Below are positions 24,451 to 39,313 of a stretch of 64,000 nt of DNA, in pieces (positions within the stretch are counted from its first letter, which is position 1; every line of letters begins with the position of its first letter). The notes below the pieces were generated by a model. The model made no database searches. It was not told where the DNA came from and saw only the letters and a list, made by a program, of their open reading frames with translations. Source of the stretch: Octopus vulgaris (taxonomy: Eukaryota); NCBI GenBank assembly GCA_951406725.2, contig OX597826.1, positions 7,006,001 to 7,070,000 on the forward strand. Reading direction: 5' to 3'. The translations under genes were made by a program, and so were the position numbers.

Positions 24451-26799
24451 GGAGGCAGAAACTTGTAAGCAATGGCAATGTCAATATAAAAATTGTGTAG
24501 TTTCATGGTTTTATTGAAAAGCTGGATTAGCAATTGATCGCTGCTGGAAATAGATACAGAACTGAAAGAAAAAAGTTTCTCATTATGGTGGGTTTTCATT
24601 TAAATTAACTTAAGTATTATGATTCACAATGTATTAAGGTTTCTAACATAAAGTTTATTAGTAATAGTAACATTGCTCCAAGCCAATTGGTCTATTTGTT
24701 TGGTTTTTTTATTATATTATACGGTAAATCCATATAAAATTATATGATGTGCGTGTGTGTGCATAAGTATATCTGTGAGTTTATGAGCACATGCATTCAT
24801 TCATACATATATACATACACACACATATGTATATATGTATGTATTTACGTGTGTATGTATTTAAGACTGTTTATGTATGGGTGTGTGCGTTTGTTCTTTT
24901 GCAAATTTAGGAAGAAAAATTGTTAAAGCAATATTTGCATGTAACTCTGTAATTCTGTAATTGGAGTACGTAAACCAATGAGCATCGGGGCTCAACATCC
25001 ATTAATCACTCAGTCACGACACACATGATATGATGGTGGAAATTTATGAAAGCCTTTCACGGAAATATACCAATCCTACTTAATCCAACACTTTTATACG
25101 CGTTCAGAATCAGTAAAACAAATAAAAACCGAGATTATATTTCTGAAATTGGATTTAGATAGAGAATCATGCAGAATAAGAAGGACGGGAGACTAACAGA
25201 CTGAAGCAAATTATATATTGAATAAATATAATAATATAATAAACAATAGAGTGTATAAACTACAGCATTTCTCCCCTCTTAAAGAATTCCGATGGAACAC
25301 TTTAGAAAGACTGCAACAGTAAATGTTTCCAGCAGCAATAATTCTGTCGTTTAAATAAAAACTAAAACAGCGATTAGAAGAACACACGCAACGGGTATTG
25401 ATTTCTGCTGATGTTCACTTGAAAGGGAGCAACAGTTTTCAAAAACGTATTCCCCCTGCTTCGTTGGCTGTGTACCAAACTATTCAGGACATATATAAAT
25501 CAGAAACAAATATTCTCTTTTTTCGAAATACCCTAAACGTGATTTATTTGCTCGTATTGATATCATGAGAGTGACTAGTAAAGTAAAAGAATTAAACGCG
25601 CCACGGGTATGATGAAAATCTGTAGCGGTATAGTCGTTTATCATAATTGGAAGCCATTTTTCTGAGTGTTCTGTTGAATAATTTAAAATTAAAAACAAAG
25701 AAAAACATATAATAATGAAAGAGTTGGAGGAAAAAAGAAGATAGAAAATTATGAAGTACAAAGGTAGAATCGTAAACTAAATGTAATAGAAAATGAAATA
25801 GATAGTATTGTTGGACGCGTCTAAAAGCTATCATTTTTAGGCGTTCGTTTTTCATTGATAACTAACAATGGGCTATTATCTCGAACTAAAAGTCCAGAAA
25901 ATGACAGGAAATGGAGTCGTTTAAGTTCAATTAATATGAATTATTATGTACATTATAATGATAAAACATTGTTCGGAGTTACACCATCGTTTTAGCTATA
26001 ATATGTAGATATCCGTTGCGAACGTTGAGGAATAATTTAACAGTTACCATTAATGTGGTTATTCTGAAAAATTTTATTGAAGTGGTGTTAGTATTTTCAC
26101 TAATCTTATACTACTTTTGTTAGGTGCTTTTTAATTTCTACAAGTTTATGACTTTCTGACGTCATGAAATTATACGATTGTAAATATGGCTTTACTAGAT
26201 TAATAGATATTACATTAGTGCAAAGTAAATGGATATCCGTCAGTTTTGACGTTGAATACCTCAGCCGTTCGTTCATCAAGCTTACCATATAATGATTCTT
26301 TTGTCGATATAGCTGTGGTTACGTGAGAGGTAAAGGACATCGAGTCTATGTGGTCGAGAGGTTTCTTTAAGACTTGCAAGCTGTTTTTTCTGTTGTTTTT
26401 TATTTTTTGTCTGAACCAATGCATGGAGGATTTATGTCTGTGAGTTTGGTCTGTAAATGGGAGGTCGAAGATCATATCTAAAAGAATAGTTTCCATACCT
26501 CTTGCAGGGGTGTAGCTACAGTGTGTACCACCCTGGGCAATCTCTGGGTTTCCTTCTCCCCCACACTCGGGCCCCCAATCCTATACAAGCTTAGAGAGCA
26601 GTTCTGAAAGTGCCTCCCCTATGAAAGCGTTTCTCGGTGAGTAAAGAATTCTCAACACCCTCTTTGTTACGCTGTTGCCCTGTTGCTTTTTCTTACAGGT
26701 CAGTGCAACGTAAGTGCGATGAAGAATTATTATTTTTACCAATGTAAGTGCAACGCAAGTGCGACGAAGAATTATATTTAGCACAGAACGTCTGAGATC

Positions 26800-27730
26800 A
26801 GTTCAATCTACTGGAATGAAGTGACATAGATGTGGAAGATCTATGGAGACTGCGTAGCATATGATGTTCTTGAATTGTCATAATAAGATGATTTTCGGTG
26901 ATGTGATATTTGTAGAGAGTGTGGTGGTTTCGTACAAACAGCGTGGGGAGTTGCGCAATGGATCACGGAGCAAGTGAAACATTTGTGTTTTCTCTGAGGG
27001 ATACAGGAAGGATATCAAGCTAATAATGTAACGAGCTGGTGCTTTTGAAAGGTTCGATATCTGCATCAATATAAAATGTAAGCTTTAAAGGCACGAAGAA
27101 AGATGTTCTTCAAAGAAGGAGGTTGTGTAGTGTATAAACTTGATACAAGAGATATACAGTGGCAGATTTGATGGTGGCTGAAGAATTTAAGAGAACGGTA
27201 GAAGAATCAGATATATTTAAATAGCTATGGAATTGAGACAGAGTAGCTGAAAGACTATGCTGCATATATTCAAGGAAATAGGCGAGCGAAAAGGTGAGTA
27301 AGATCTTGAAATGCATAGACACTCTCCTTTGTGTTCAAATATTGACAGTATCGTGGACAACAGCGATGACATGCAGAGATAGAGGGTGAAATAAGATTTC
27401 TGGTTAACGAAGTAGTAACTGGAGATGTGTGAGTTCTTTGTTGGGTAGAAATCTCAGATATTAGAATACGCTAAAAGGGATTTGTTTAATGGTTTTTAGC
27501 ATCTGGAGTCATGAATTTACGATCCCCTCTGCGCCGAAAGCCTGCCTCGTACAATAGTACAGAGTGAACACTCGCAAAGACACCAGTGGCCCAGAAGTGG
27601 GTATTAAACCTACTTGGTGTCTCTAGCCCCACCAAGGAAAACGCTGGCAGCCAGTTTACCCTATAACCACGGAACTAGCTCGGGCAAGGCAGTGCCAGGC
27701 TTATCATTATCCAAGTTCAAGCACCAACGC
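26800..27730 (-). pseudogene. Possible decayed CR1-like LINE 5' region (UTR and start of APE endonuclease)
   Basis: Minus-strand LAYSNI near 27470 resembles the xNIRG start of APE endonucleases; GC-richer upstream segment. Confidence 0.35.
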
Positions 27731-28269
27731 ATCAAAGGTGTAGAGCTTATAGATAACCGAGAAGAAATATATCAAATCAAATATAGTGAGCCAGAAAGGT
27801 GCTTTGATTGAATCGTAATTAAATCACACACGGAAAGAGGGAAACATTCTTTCGTCTTAACGATATTATTTCTACGTAGTCGCTCAATTTACCCCACACA
27901 AGAAACTGCGATCTAATCACTCATGAAATACACTACACTATCTCTCCAAAAGAAAATGAATAACGCACTGAAAAATACAACACCATGACATAATAACTGT
28001 GAATTGAAAGAAGATATCATCACTGAAGGAATGATTCCGGTTACGGGTTCATACACCAGGTTCGTTTGCGGCCAAACAACAAAGACGCGTTCCCCAAAAA
28101 AGTAAAGGTGAGAACTCAGAATCTAATTTCGAAATTATATAAAGAAATGAAATGAAAATATGCACTGGAGTCCATTCGATTTTTAGTGAATGAGAACGGT
28201 TGACGTCTGCGACCGATCTAAAGAGGAAGCCAAAAAAGATCGATCGATCGATCGATCGAATGATAGTTA

Positions 28270-28600
<331 letters not shown>

Positions 28601-29728
28601 ATGGTAGGTGCTACAGTTTAGAGACTGTAGCATTAAATACAAAGTGCAAGGCATTTCTCTCATTTTCTCTCTTTTCATCTCTATCTGTCTCTGTCTCTCT
28701 TCCGCTCTCTCTCTCTCCCTCTCTGACTCATTCCAGATATTCTGCTGAGTAAAGAATGCGCAAATTTAGAAACTGTTTAAGTCGGCTCGCATCTAAAACA
28801 ATAGGCTATGATATAACTTTCAAGTACATCTTTTCTATCTATCAAAAAGATTAAAAGAAGTTCATCTCAATTGTATATAAAAATGGAGTTTGCATTACCT
28901 TGCAGGATTTCGAAACAATTTTTTTAAATTCCTTCCTTGTGTTTACCATATAAGCATAATATTTTTAAATGCACTGACCAATATCTTGAAAATCCTACGC
29001 GTCCCGCTAGTTTTCTATAAAAGCATATACGATTTACGGAAAGAATCATGTATAAGAGATGCATCTACTTACAACAATGTCTTTATAGCATTAGAACCCG
29101 AAAGGATGCATTTTTTGTATCATACGAATAAAGATATCCTACGATATCACAATCTCGTTTCTATCCATCAGTTTATCTCTGATTTGTATCCGCAAAAATG
29201 GCAATGTTTAATTAAAATAGCCATCTATGTATTATACTAAATGCACACACAATATCACTAGGCAAGTTACTGCAGTATTTCATCTGAGATAACAAATCTT
29301 TTAATCGTATCGTGTCGTTTCGAATGTGGAGGGGATATACGCACTGATGAACGGAATTAATTAAGTAATATAGCGTTCTGTATCTCTCATTTATTTCCGA
29401 GGAGTGTTCGTGTCGCTCATCTATGAGAATTACTGTGTTTTTTTAATTTTTCTTTTTTTTTTTTGTACAGGATGTGTCTTTAAAGCGCTCTTCCGATATA
29501 CCGAAGCTTTGCAGCATTTAGAAACATACATATCATTAACCATGTGATATTTATATATTTATTCATACATATACATTTATATATGTATTTATACATAATA
29601 AACACACATACGCACGCACACACACACACACACGTATGCACATGTGTGTGTGTTTGTGTGCGTGTGCGTGTGTGTATGTATATATGTATATATGTATATG
29701 TGTGTCCGTGTATAATTTTGTCAAAGTG

Positions 29729-29804
29729 AATCTAGCCGAAGAGAACTAATCAAATTTACGATAACAAACGTAATTTGGAAAGTTCGAAACCTAGGTCTTA
29801 GATT
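29729..29804 (+). ncRNA. Type I hammerhead motif with CCGAAGA core variant
   Basis: Stem I AATCTAG/TTAGATT; stem II GAACT...AGTTC with inner hairpin; GAAAC-CTAG-GT-C. Confidence 0.75.
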
Positions 29805-29919
29805 ATCCACATCTGGGTTGCACATTTATTTAATGTCCTTCCTACAGGTAAGACGAAATTTTTTATGTTCGCCGTCCGTAAACATCTTTCCCTTTCGTCG
29901 GACAGTTTTGTTATCAAAA

Positions 29920-29957
29920 CTGTCCGACGAACGGGAACGTGAAACTCTGAGTAACAG
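29920..29957 (+). ncRNA. Minimal type I hammerhead motif with CCGACGA core variant
   Basis: CTGT-CCGACGA-ACG GGAA CGT-GAAACTC T GAGT-A-ACAG; preceded by a ~21-bp inverted copy of its 5' part (29890-29910). Confidence 0.72.
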
Positions 29958-30723
29958 CTTTTGTTATATTTCTGCTGCTTTTAAATAAAGTGTGTATGTA
30001 TATATATAAAGAGAAGCTTTACTATAGCGTCGCATTTTATCGCCTACTATTTGCAGTAAATACTGGTGCATTGTTGTACTACTATTCTATTTTTATACAT
30101 GCACATGTATGCAAGTATATATGTATGTTGAGGCGATTCATCGAAAACGGATATATACTGGGAAATTGTATAACGTAAACTTTGCTTTCAAGAACTTAGA
30201 GAAACCTTCTGGAAATAAATTTTGCCACCGAAAATAGAACGAACACTTTTAAGCGATAAAATGAAAGGACTTCGCCGCATGTCTGACCTCAGAATATTGG
30301 ATTCGACTTATGTAGACGGCAATACAAAAAGGGATAGAAAATGCCGTGGATTAGTGGGGACGGTAATCCCTCAACTAAATCATTTTAAAGTGTATTTTTT
30401 GGTAGGGAATTTTCCTTTAGCTCCTAAATTTATACATATAAACAGATACACAAATACACCCGCACACACAAATACGCACAGACGCATGCACAAACACATA
30501 CGTATATAACATTTATACAGTCTCCATATGCGTATATATATTATGTATACATATACATACATACATATATATATAGGTATATACCTATATATATATGTAT
30601 GTATAAATATATATATGTACATATAAATACACAAATACGCATTGTATATGCCTTGATGTATATGTCTGTGTATATATGTGTATATATATATATTTATGTA
30701 TACATATATATACATGTATATAC

Positions 30724-30775
<52 letters not shown>

Positions 30776-31419
30776 ATATTTGTATATGTACGCATTAAGC
30801 TTGTTTGAATTCAATAACAAATAGCATAAAGATATGTGATTGCTTGTTGAAATAACAACATATCCCCATTATATATATACGTGCATATATGAGGGGGTGT
30901 GCGTGTGTATGTGCATACATGTATATATATATATTCTTCTGTATTTTATTCACTTCTTTTTACAGTTTTGAAACTGGGATTTATTCAGAATTGTCCTCGT
31001 TGTTGTAAATCACTCAGTTAGAAACGGCTTGAATCCGTTCCGTATTGATAAGTCTTAACAAGCTCTGAATTATTGATTCTTTTTTTGTTTCATTTTATTT
31101 TCTTTCCATCAAAACTATCCGCATTATATAAATGGAAACAGCATCAGCCTAGAATATTCGAATGTACATTTGGCGATTTACGAGAAAGTGATGGAACCTA
31201 CTAGTAAATGCATTTACCCTGCAGGATCGTTTCATTTCAATTCATTGTGTTTAGCTGTGTTTAAACAGTTCACCTTTTTGAACCAAACTGTGCTTCATCA
31301 GATTATGAATGGAGAAGAAACTGCGTTACCCTCGTTTTCAATATTGATACAATGTAGAAAATTCGATATGTAGATATATATGTATTTAATAATATATGCT
31401 TAGTTGCAAATACATATGC

Positions 31420-31479
<60 letters not shown>

Positions 31480-31767
31480 GTATATATATACATATATATA
31501 TATAACTATATGCATATATATGTGTCTGTGTATTACGTATGTATATATGTATAAATATGTGTATATATATATATGTACAACTATGTATATATACACGCAC
31601 ATATATATGTTTATGTTTACATGTATATATATGTATATATATATATATGCGTGTATATTTATGTGTATACAGACATATAAACAAGCATATATATGTTTAT
31701 GTATATATATATATATAGTGTGTGTGTGTGTTTACAAGTATATACATATACGCATACATTCATATGT

Positions 31768-31808
<41 letters not shown>

Positions 31809-33216
31809 AGAGTGTTTATGTATGCGTGTGTGCGTGTAACAAGTTAGATTTTTTCCGGTATTAAATCTCCAAAAACATTTTTAACGACATTTCGCTGTCT
31901 TTATAGTAAAATGATTGATTTTTTTTGTTTCGTTTCTTCTCTCTTTTTCTTTTCTTTGTTCCTATTTCCGTAAAGCTCTATATCTTAAAAAAACAAAATA
32001 TATAACGATTTTTGCAATGCATAACCAGGATGTTAAAATATATCATGTGTATCTTTTTACACTTTTTCTCTAATTCAGATGTTTTCAGTAACATTTTACT
32101 AATTGATAAAAAATGCTACAAATGATTAGAAAGCAATTTAGGATGGAAAGGCTTTTAGAAAGACATTAATCGTGTTTATAAAATGAATTTAATATTTATT
32201 TTTAACTCTGAAAACATGGTTTATTTACCTGCAGCATATATTTTTGCGATATTTGATGCGTTTTATGGTATACATGTTTTAAATCTAATTTAATGAATGT
32301 TTAAAATTTTAACACAAGTCCAGCACTTTAGGGGAAGAAGACAGTCGATTAAATCGACCCCAATGCTTAACTGATATTTATCAACTCGGAAGGATGAAAG
32401 ACAAAATCAACTTTATCGGATTTTTTTTGGGGGGGGGGGGACAGAACATAAAACCCGAGGGAAATGCTGCCAAGCATTTTCCCCGACGCATTAAAGATCA
32501 GCGCTGATCAGATTCTACCTGATCGGTGCTTTTAAAGTTATTTCAATAATATTCTCTAAATAGATTTCATTAGTGTTGTGGAAAGAGTTTTCACCGAAGC
32601 GCATGTTGACTAGGACAACTAACCGCGATACAGCCATGGTCTATTGGCAAGACAAATATCAATCCTTGTTACAGGAAGATCTTTCTCAAAACAAATTTTC
32701 AGTAACAGGCACATTTTTATCTGTTTAATCCAGAGGTTGTGTCCTTGTAGATGCACCGCCGAGGCTGATATATCTTTCATCACATATCTATGAAGTAAGG
32801 ATGCCTTCTTCGCAATGGCTTTCTGATAACAAAAGCAGACATTTATTTTTTGTCGAAATTAACAACGCATCTCTTTTTGAATGAGAAGTTAAATAATTCA
32901 TTGTATGATAGGCTGATCGTGGATGGATTGTCTCTAGTCCTTGGTCTCTTGCACTAAACAACTGCAACAAAAACAACAAAAAGAGACAGCAAATAAGACC
33001 GAATTATATATATATTTATCATTTATAAAATGTATAGATTAGCATTCGCATAATTGGAGCAGCAGGTCTTAGATGTTTATATCTTTAAAATGAGCGTGAG
33101 ATGACGGAGAAAGATTAAAGATGGAAACATGTTCCGACGATGAGGGGCATTAACTATATTTGTGAAATGAATTGTTTGTCTTCTCGTGTCTGATCTGACA
33201 ATATTTCCTTTTTGCA

Positions 33217-34490
33217 TTAGGTTGAGGAATAATTCATCAGCTGTCTTTTCAAATTTATTTTCAATAAAAAAAGCTACAACAAATTAATCAATAATATACT
33301 CTCCGTTTTTGTTACGATTTCCTCCCGTCGTTTAGCAATCTTTCCGATGCCTCGGTGATAGAAATCTCCCGGTTTTGACTAAATGAATTCGTCCAACCGA
33401 GCCCTCACTTCCACGTCATTATTGAACGATACACCGCGCAAAGTGTTCGAAAGCGGTCGAAAGAGATGAAAATCTGACGGCGACAAGTCAGGAGAGTATG
33501 GAGGAAGAGGCAACAATTACAGTTTGAGTTCTTGAATCGCGGCATCGGTCATATTGGTGATGTGAAAATGGGCATCGTCATGATGCAGAAGAACGCCATT
33601 TCGCCTCTTCGGTCTTTTCTGCTGAATTGCTTCGTTGAGTCGGTGCAGCTGTTCACCGTAGAGCTCCGCATTGAGTGTTTGGTTGCGCTCAAGCAATTCG
33701 TAATCAATTATGCCTTCCCAGTCCCACCATACACACAACATTGTCTTTCAGAATGAAGGTCTTGTTTTTCTCGCGGTGTTGTTTGTTTCTCAGGGCTGCG
33801 CCATTCTTTTCGCTGCTTCATATTGACATAAAGTCACCATTTATCATCGCCAGTGACAATGTGGTAAAGACAACGCAGTTTCTGACCATGTGTTCAGTGA
33901 TATTGAGCGAGCAAACTTGGGGTGATTGTGGAGTTTGATTTTTGTTGTTTCCGCTCAAAGTGTATGATACCCAAGCACCGAGTTTCTGAAAGTTGCCCAT
34001 TGAGTGAAGGTGATTCACCACAGTTTTTTATCACAATCCATTTGCTCCACCAATTCTCTGGTCCTTTTAGGTGGATTTTCGTGAAGAATGATTCAGTCGC
34101 TCTTCATCGAACTCAGTTGGTCGACCGGTGTGTGATCCGTCCATAAGGTCAAAATTTTTGAAGCGCGAAAACCAACGGTGGGCGACATTTTGAGACGTTG
34201 TTCCACACAGCACAAATTTTACGATTAGCTGTGGCGGCTTTAACACCTCGATTAAATGCAAAAAACAAATGGTGTTGAAAAGGCTGAATTTTTTCCACTT
34301 GACATTCCAATTTTATGATCTCATAATACACAGAAATCAATAAAATAAAAAAAATAAAAACACACTATCTTATAGGGGGAAGATTTTTTCTTTTAAATAA
34401 CAGAAAACATTTTGAAAATGCGTTTTCTTTCTGCGTGAATTTTAAATTTGAAAAAAAAAGACAACACTCATGAATTATTCCTCAACTCAA
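33217..34490 (-). mobile_element. Full-length decayed mariner transposon (about 1.27 kb)
   Basis: TIRs TTAGGTTGAGGAATAATTCAT / ATGAATTATTCCTCAACTCAA; transposase pieces MLCVWWDWEGII, LHHDDA, PYSPDLSPSDFHLF, KLGAWV. Confidence 0.93.
33295..34310 (-). pseudogene. Mariner D,D34D transposase pseudogene
   Basis: Fragmented ORFs 33517-33741, 33818-34021 and 34067-34261 carry diagnostic motifs. Confidence 0.9.
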
Positions 34491-34789
34491 AATTTGGTTT
34501 GCAAGATTCTTGGTGTGGACTTCTCTGTTGGATCAGATTTTGTTTTATGTTTCGAGGTCAATTATATGAATAAGAAACACAAACATTGATTCAGTTTCAC
34601 ATTTCTGTTAATATTAATCAAATAGTTAACGATTTAATCAATTAACTACCCGACTTTTTGACCACTCAATCAATCAGCTAATAATATCCAGGTTTATAAC
34701 ATTGATGATATCTCGAATTACCGAACGCATCATCAAACATTCGATTATTAAATTTGTTTGAATAATTAACATGTTTGGCTAATAATATT

Positions 34790-34998
34790 TTCTACTATAA
34801 GCACAAAGCCTGAAATTTGGGGGACGTGTCTAGTCGATTACATTGACCCCAGTTCTCAACTGGTACTTATTTCGTCGATCCCAAAAGATGATATACAAAG
34901 TCGACCTCGGCGGAATTTGAACTCGGAACGTAACGACAGATGAAATACCGCTAAGCATTTTACCCGGTGTACCGACGTTTCTGCCAGCTCGCCGCCTT
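34790..34998 (-). mobile_element. SINE family C, full length
   Basis: Reverse complement begins GGCGGCGAGCTGGCAGAAACG and contains GAGTTCAAATTCCGCCGAGGTCGAC. Confidence 0.85.
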
Positions 34999-35594
34999 AA
35001 CAAGTTGACTAATAAAAAACCTGTCTACTACATGGATACAGGTTGGAGGCTATATCAGCCGAAACGTTGTGTTAACAACAAATAAGATGAGGACAAATAT
35101 CCGTCGAATGTAAAAAACATAAATAATGTACATAATTCCTCACCTCTTAAATATAGAACTGTACATGCATTAAAGCCTGAAATTTTGCGGTAGGTATTAT
35201 GTCGCTCGAATGGTACTTATTTTATCGACCCAAAAATCATGACGGCGAGCACAATTTCGATGATGATAATGGTGATAATGATGATGAGATCGTAACTGTC
35301 GTAGGAATTCATAATAAGAATGATGAAGACGAAGATGATGATGACGACGAGAACGACAACGACGACGGTGGCGATGGTGGTGATGATGATGATGACGACG
35401 ATGACGACGGTGCCGGTGACGACAACGAGGCTTGCAATAACGACGATATAGATGGCCAAACATCACAATTGTAATAATGATGCTAGTCATGAATATAACA
35501 ACCTTGGTGCCAATGAAACAACTGAAGATCAAGAAACAAAGAGGAGACGAAACATCATATCTTTAAAATAATAACAATAATAATAATACATTGC

Positions 35595-35646
<52 letters not shown>

Positions 35647-35648
<2 letters not shown>

Positions 35649-36175
35649 TGAGTGAAAGAGCAGAGCATGCCATCAAAGTTACACTGGGGTAAAATATACG
35701 CAGCCCAGTATACCCATCATGACTACCCGTCTGATAAGGGTACACTAGGCACATGTATCACAACCATATGTGCGCGACATAATGATCTCATATCAAGATA
35801 AACAGCGCATCACCTTGCAGGTGGGGACCCAGTTAGAATTTTCGAGTAGCCCATCCCGCCCAAAAGGTCCCTGAATAAGGATTGTTTAAGGATGTTGAAA
35901 GAACCACCCATGTTTCCAGAGGTGAACTATTCAAACCCCAAAGAATCCCTCTCAACACATGGCTATGATGCTCCCCCACTACTTCTGCTCGTGATCATAG
36001 ATGCACATATCGTCAGCCACTAAGGGACATGGTCAACTGGTTAAAGTCAAACAACTGACAAGCAAATCTGTGGTATTGAGCAGAATATTTGCTGTAGCCC
36101 ATCTTTTATACCAAGACAAAACAGTGTACATGATAACACTTCCCAATCAGTTAAGATCAGAAGCCATGAGAGCCT
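35647..36175 (-). mobile_element. About 530-bp non-coding element inserted within a (TAA)n microsatellite (possible Dong/R4 3' UTR or derivative)
   Basis: Complex sequence bounded on both sides by (ATT)n; strand inferred. Confidence 0.5.
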
Positions 36176-36206
36176 ATTTATTATTATTATTATCATTCTT
36201 CTCCTT

Positions 36207-36301
<95 letters not shown>

Positions 36302-36330
36302 CTATATTATTTTTATTATCATTATTATTA

Positions 36331-36394
<64 letters not shown>

Positions 36395-36440
36395 TATTAT
36401 TATTACTATTATTATTATTATCATCATTATTATCATCATG

Positions 36441-36510
<70 letters not shown>
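36176..36510. repeat. (ATT)n/(TTC)n microsatellite
   Basis: Seen directly. Confidence 0.97.
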
Positions 36511-36511
<1 letters not shown>

Positions 36512-36829
36512 GAATGAATATATATATAATATAAATGAAACCAATGATAACGTCAACCATCGTATTTATTTAACAGAGGAGAGGAAAGAGATTGCATTTA
36601 CAAATTTAATGTTCTGCATCTAAACAGGTTTGTTGACTTCCGTAATTTGTATTTTTACCTTTCTACACGTAATCAACGTAGATTGGCAGTTCGGAAAATG
36701 ACAGCAATCAGACTGGTTACCATATTTGAACTAATATTTATAGTTCTATGCTCTTGTATTTGTTTTTTTGTTTATTAGTTCGTTTGTTTATTTGTTTGAA
36801 TTTTTGGTTTTTCAATTTCCATATTTGTT

Positions 36830-37305
36830 CTCTTTATCTTTATCCTTCTGTCTCATCGTCTCCCTCTCTGTATTTATCTGTATCTTTACATTTTTTTCTC
36901 TCTTTATTTCTTAACATCTCTCTCTGTATCTCACAAACTTCGTCTCTGTCTCTCTGCCTCTCTGTCTCTTTCCCTCTATCCCTGTCTTTCTCTGTTTCTT
37001 TCTTTCACTTTTATTTCTCTCTACTTCTCTCTCTGTTTCTCTTTGTCTTTTCCCCCTCTCCCTGTCTTTCTTTCTTCCGTTCTTTCTCTATGTATTTGTC
37101 TCTCTCCTTATCTCTAATATCCTGTCTCATCATCATTATGTTTCTTTCTGTTATTTTTCTCTCTATTTCTTTCTTTCTCTCTCTCTCTCTTTCCCTCCCT
37201 CTCTCTCCTCTCTTTCTTTCCTGCTCTCTCTCTCTCTCTCTCCTTTTCTTCCTTTCTCTCTTCCTCTATCTCTCTGCCTCACTCTTTCCTTCTTTCTTTT
37301 TCCTC
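36830..37305. repeat. CT-rich low-complexity tract
   Basis: Seen directly. Confidence 0.9.
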
Positions 37306-38663
37306 GCATCATTATAATTATAGTTTGTGTCTGATGATGTGCATTATCTCATCAATTAAACAACACAGCTAAAATATATAAACAAAGAATTAGAGAAAAA
37401 GAAATAAAAAGAAATAAAAAAGAAATAAATACGACCAAAAAAAAAAGAAATCAACATAAACTATATATTAAAAACAAAACAAAACAAAACAATTAACCAA
37501 ACTACTTTATACGAATATGAAAGGAAATTCACAAATGTTCACAATAAATTTAGCATATCCGGATGTAGTCAGTGACTTCATTATTTTAATCTGTGATTTT
37601 AATTACATTAATCAGTCATGCAAAATAGTATTATTGCACACAAAATTTTGCCATTTGTTCTACATTGACTTGACTATTCCTGTAGATTTTATTCCGGTTT
37701 CTGTTGCTCTCTTCAGTTGTTCTGTCTCCTATTACTGCTCCGTATCTAAAACATATATTTTGTTTTTGTTGTTTGAAGCTGCTGCCATACCGCTACCGTT
37801 ACCGCTACCGCCGCCGCTGCTATTTTCGTTGCCGTCGCTTTTATTGTTGTTGCTTCTGCTACTACTACTACTGCTACTGTTGTTGTTATTGTTGTTGCTG
37901 TTGCTAATGTTGATGATTGCTGGTTCTTTCTAACATCAACACAAACAACTGCACTATTATGTATATTTTTAATTGTTAATTTGCCATAGAAATGCGTTGC
38001 CCTTTCATGAGTAGTTGGAACTGAATATTCCGAAAGGTTATACGCGGAAAATGTAATTAAATGATAAATACAACTATATGAGGTAAATAAGTCCAATATG
38101 AATCCTTGGTGATTAGTAGAACGGGAATGCAAATTAAGAAAGTCTTGGAATGCTATGTGGTCACGATTCTAGAACCGTTTGGCTCGATCTAAAAGGCATT
38201 ACACTTGGGCGATTCACTGCCTACATAGTTTGACTTCAAATTCACTCGCGTACTCATGCTCACCTCTAGAAGAAAAATGTGCTACAGGAATACATATACG
38301 GAGAGAAAGAGAGAGAGAGAGAGAGACATAGACAGACAGACAGACAGACGGACAGACAGATCTTTTATAGTTTCTTTGTTCAGTCATTAGACTGCGACCA
38401 TTCTGAAAGTACAGTCTTCAATGGCTTAGTCAAAATAAATCGACCCTAGTACATTTTAAGCCTACCAATTATACTATCGGCTACTAATTTGCCGAACCGC
38501 TAAGTAGCAAAAACGTAAACAAATCAAAACCAGTTGTCAAGTGGTGGTGGATGACAAACACAAACTCAAAGATACACTAACATAGATATAAACATATATA
38601 TGCACATGCATGCATGAAGACATACACATGGAGTTAAACGCAGGTGTTATTCAACTCTTTATA

Positions 38664-38751
38664 CTTCCGACATATGTTTCGAAGAAAACATTGATATTAT
38701 TCCGGAGGGAATAATATGATGTAAAACAATGCAATCATCTCGTCAGGGGAA
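38664..38751 (-). ncRNA. Type I hammerhead motif, homolog of the 45181-45266 motif
   Basis: Minus strand: TTCCC-CTGACGA-GATGATTGCATTG...CTTC-GAAAC-ATAT-GT-C-GGAAG; flank ATGGAGTTAAACGCAGGTGT shared with 44911. Confidence 0.7.
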
Positions 38752-39105
38752 AAAGGGAAACAAAACACATTAATAAACCAATTTAACTGAATGTGATTAC
38801 TGCGTATATGATGAAGAGGAACGCTGGCAAGTTATTTTTTTAAAGAACCGTTACTAGTTTTAACGTCAGAGGCGATTAATAGAAAGACGAAGAGAAAGAA
38901 AGAAATTAACAGAAAATTAAGATTGGAGAAGTATAGTGCGATGGATGAATGGGAATGAAGCATAAAAGAGTGAAAATAGATATATGTGGTGGAAATGAAT
39001 GTAAGAAGAGAGTTAAAGGTCAAATTTTATAAATTGGTTGAAATTAATTATAGGAACTAAAGGTATGTTTTTGCCAATGTTTGCAACGATATATATATAT
39101 ATATG

Positions 39106-39172
<67 letters not shown>

Positions 39173-39261
39173 GTGTACGTTTGTAAGTATGTATGTATAT
39201 ATATATATATGTATGTATGAATATATATATGTATATATATGAATATATGTAGGTATGTATG

Positions 39262-39313
<52 letters not shown>

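Noticed and set aside
26702-26780. Two ~33-bp direct repeats resembling a CRISPR-like unit
   Set aside because: Only two copies with a very short spacer in eukaryotic DNA; a local tandem duplication
29440-29545. Strong acceptor followed by a TPR-like peptide CVFKALFRYTEALQHLE
   Set aside because: No convincing donor or supporting exons; too short to exclude chance
32500-32531. 12-bp hairpin AGCGCTGATCAG/CTGATCGGTGCT
   Set aside because: Isolated and short, with no supporting context
35197-35532. Acidic or His-rich ORFs
   Set aside because: Degenerate (GAT/GAC)n tract next to a SINE fragment
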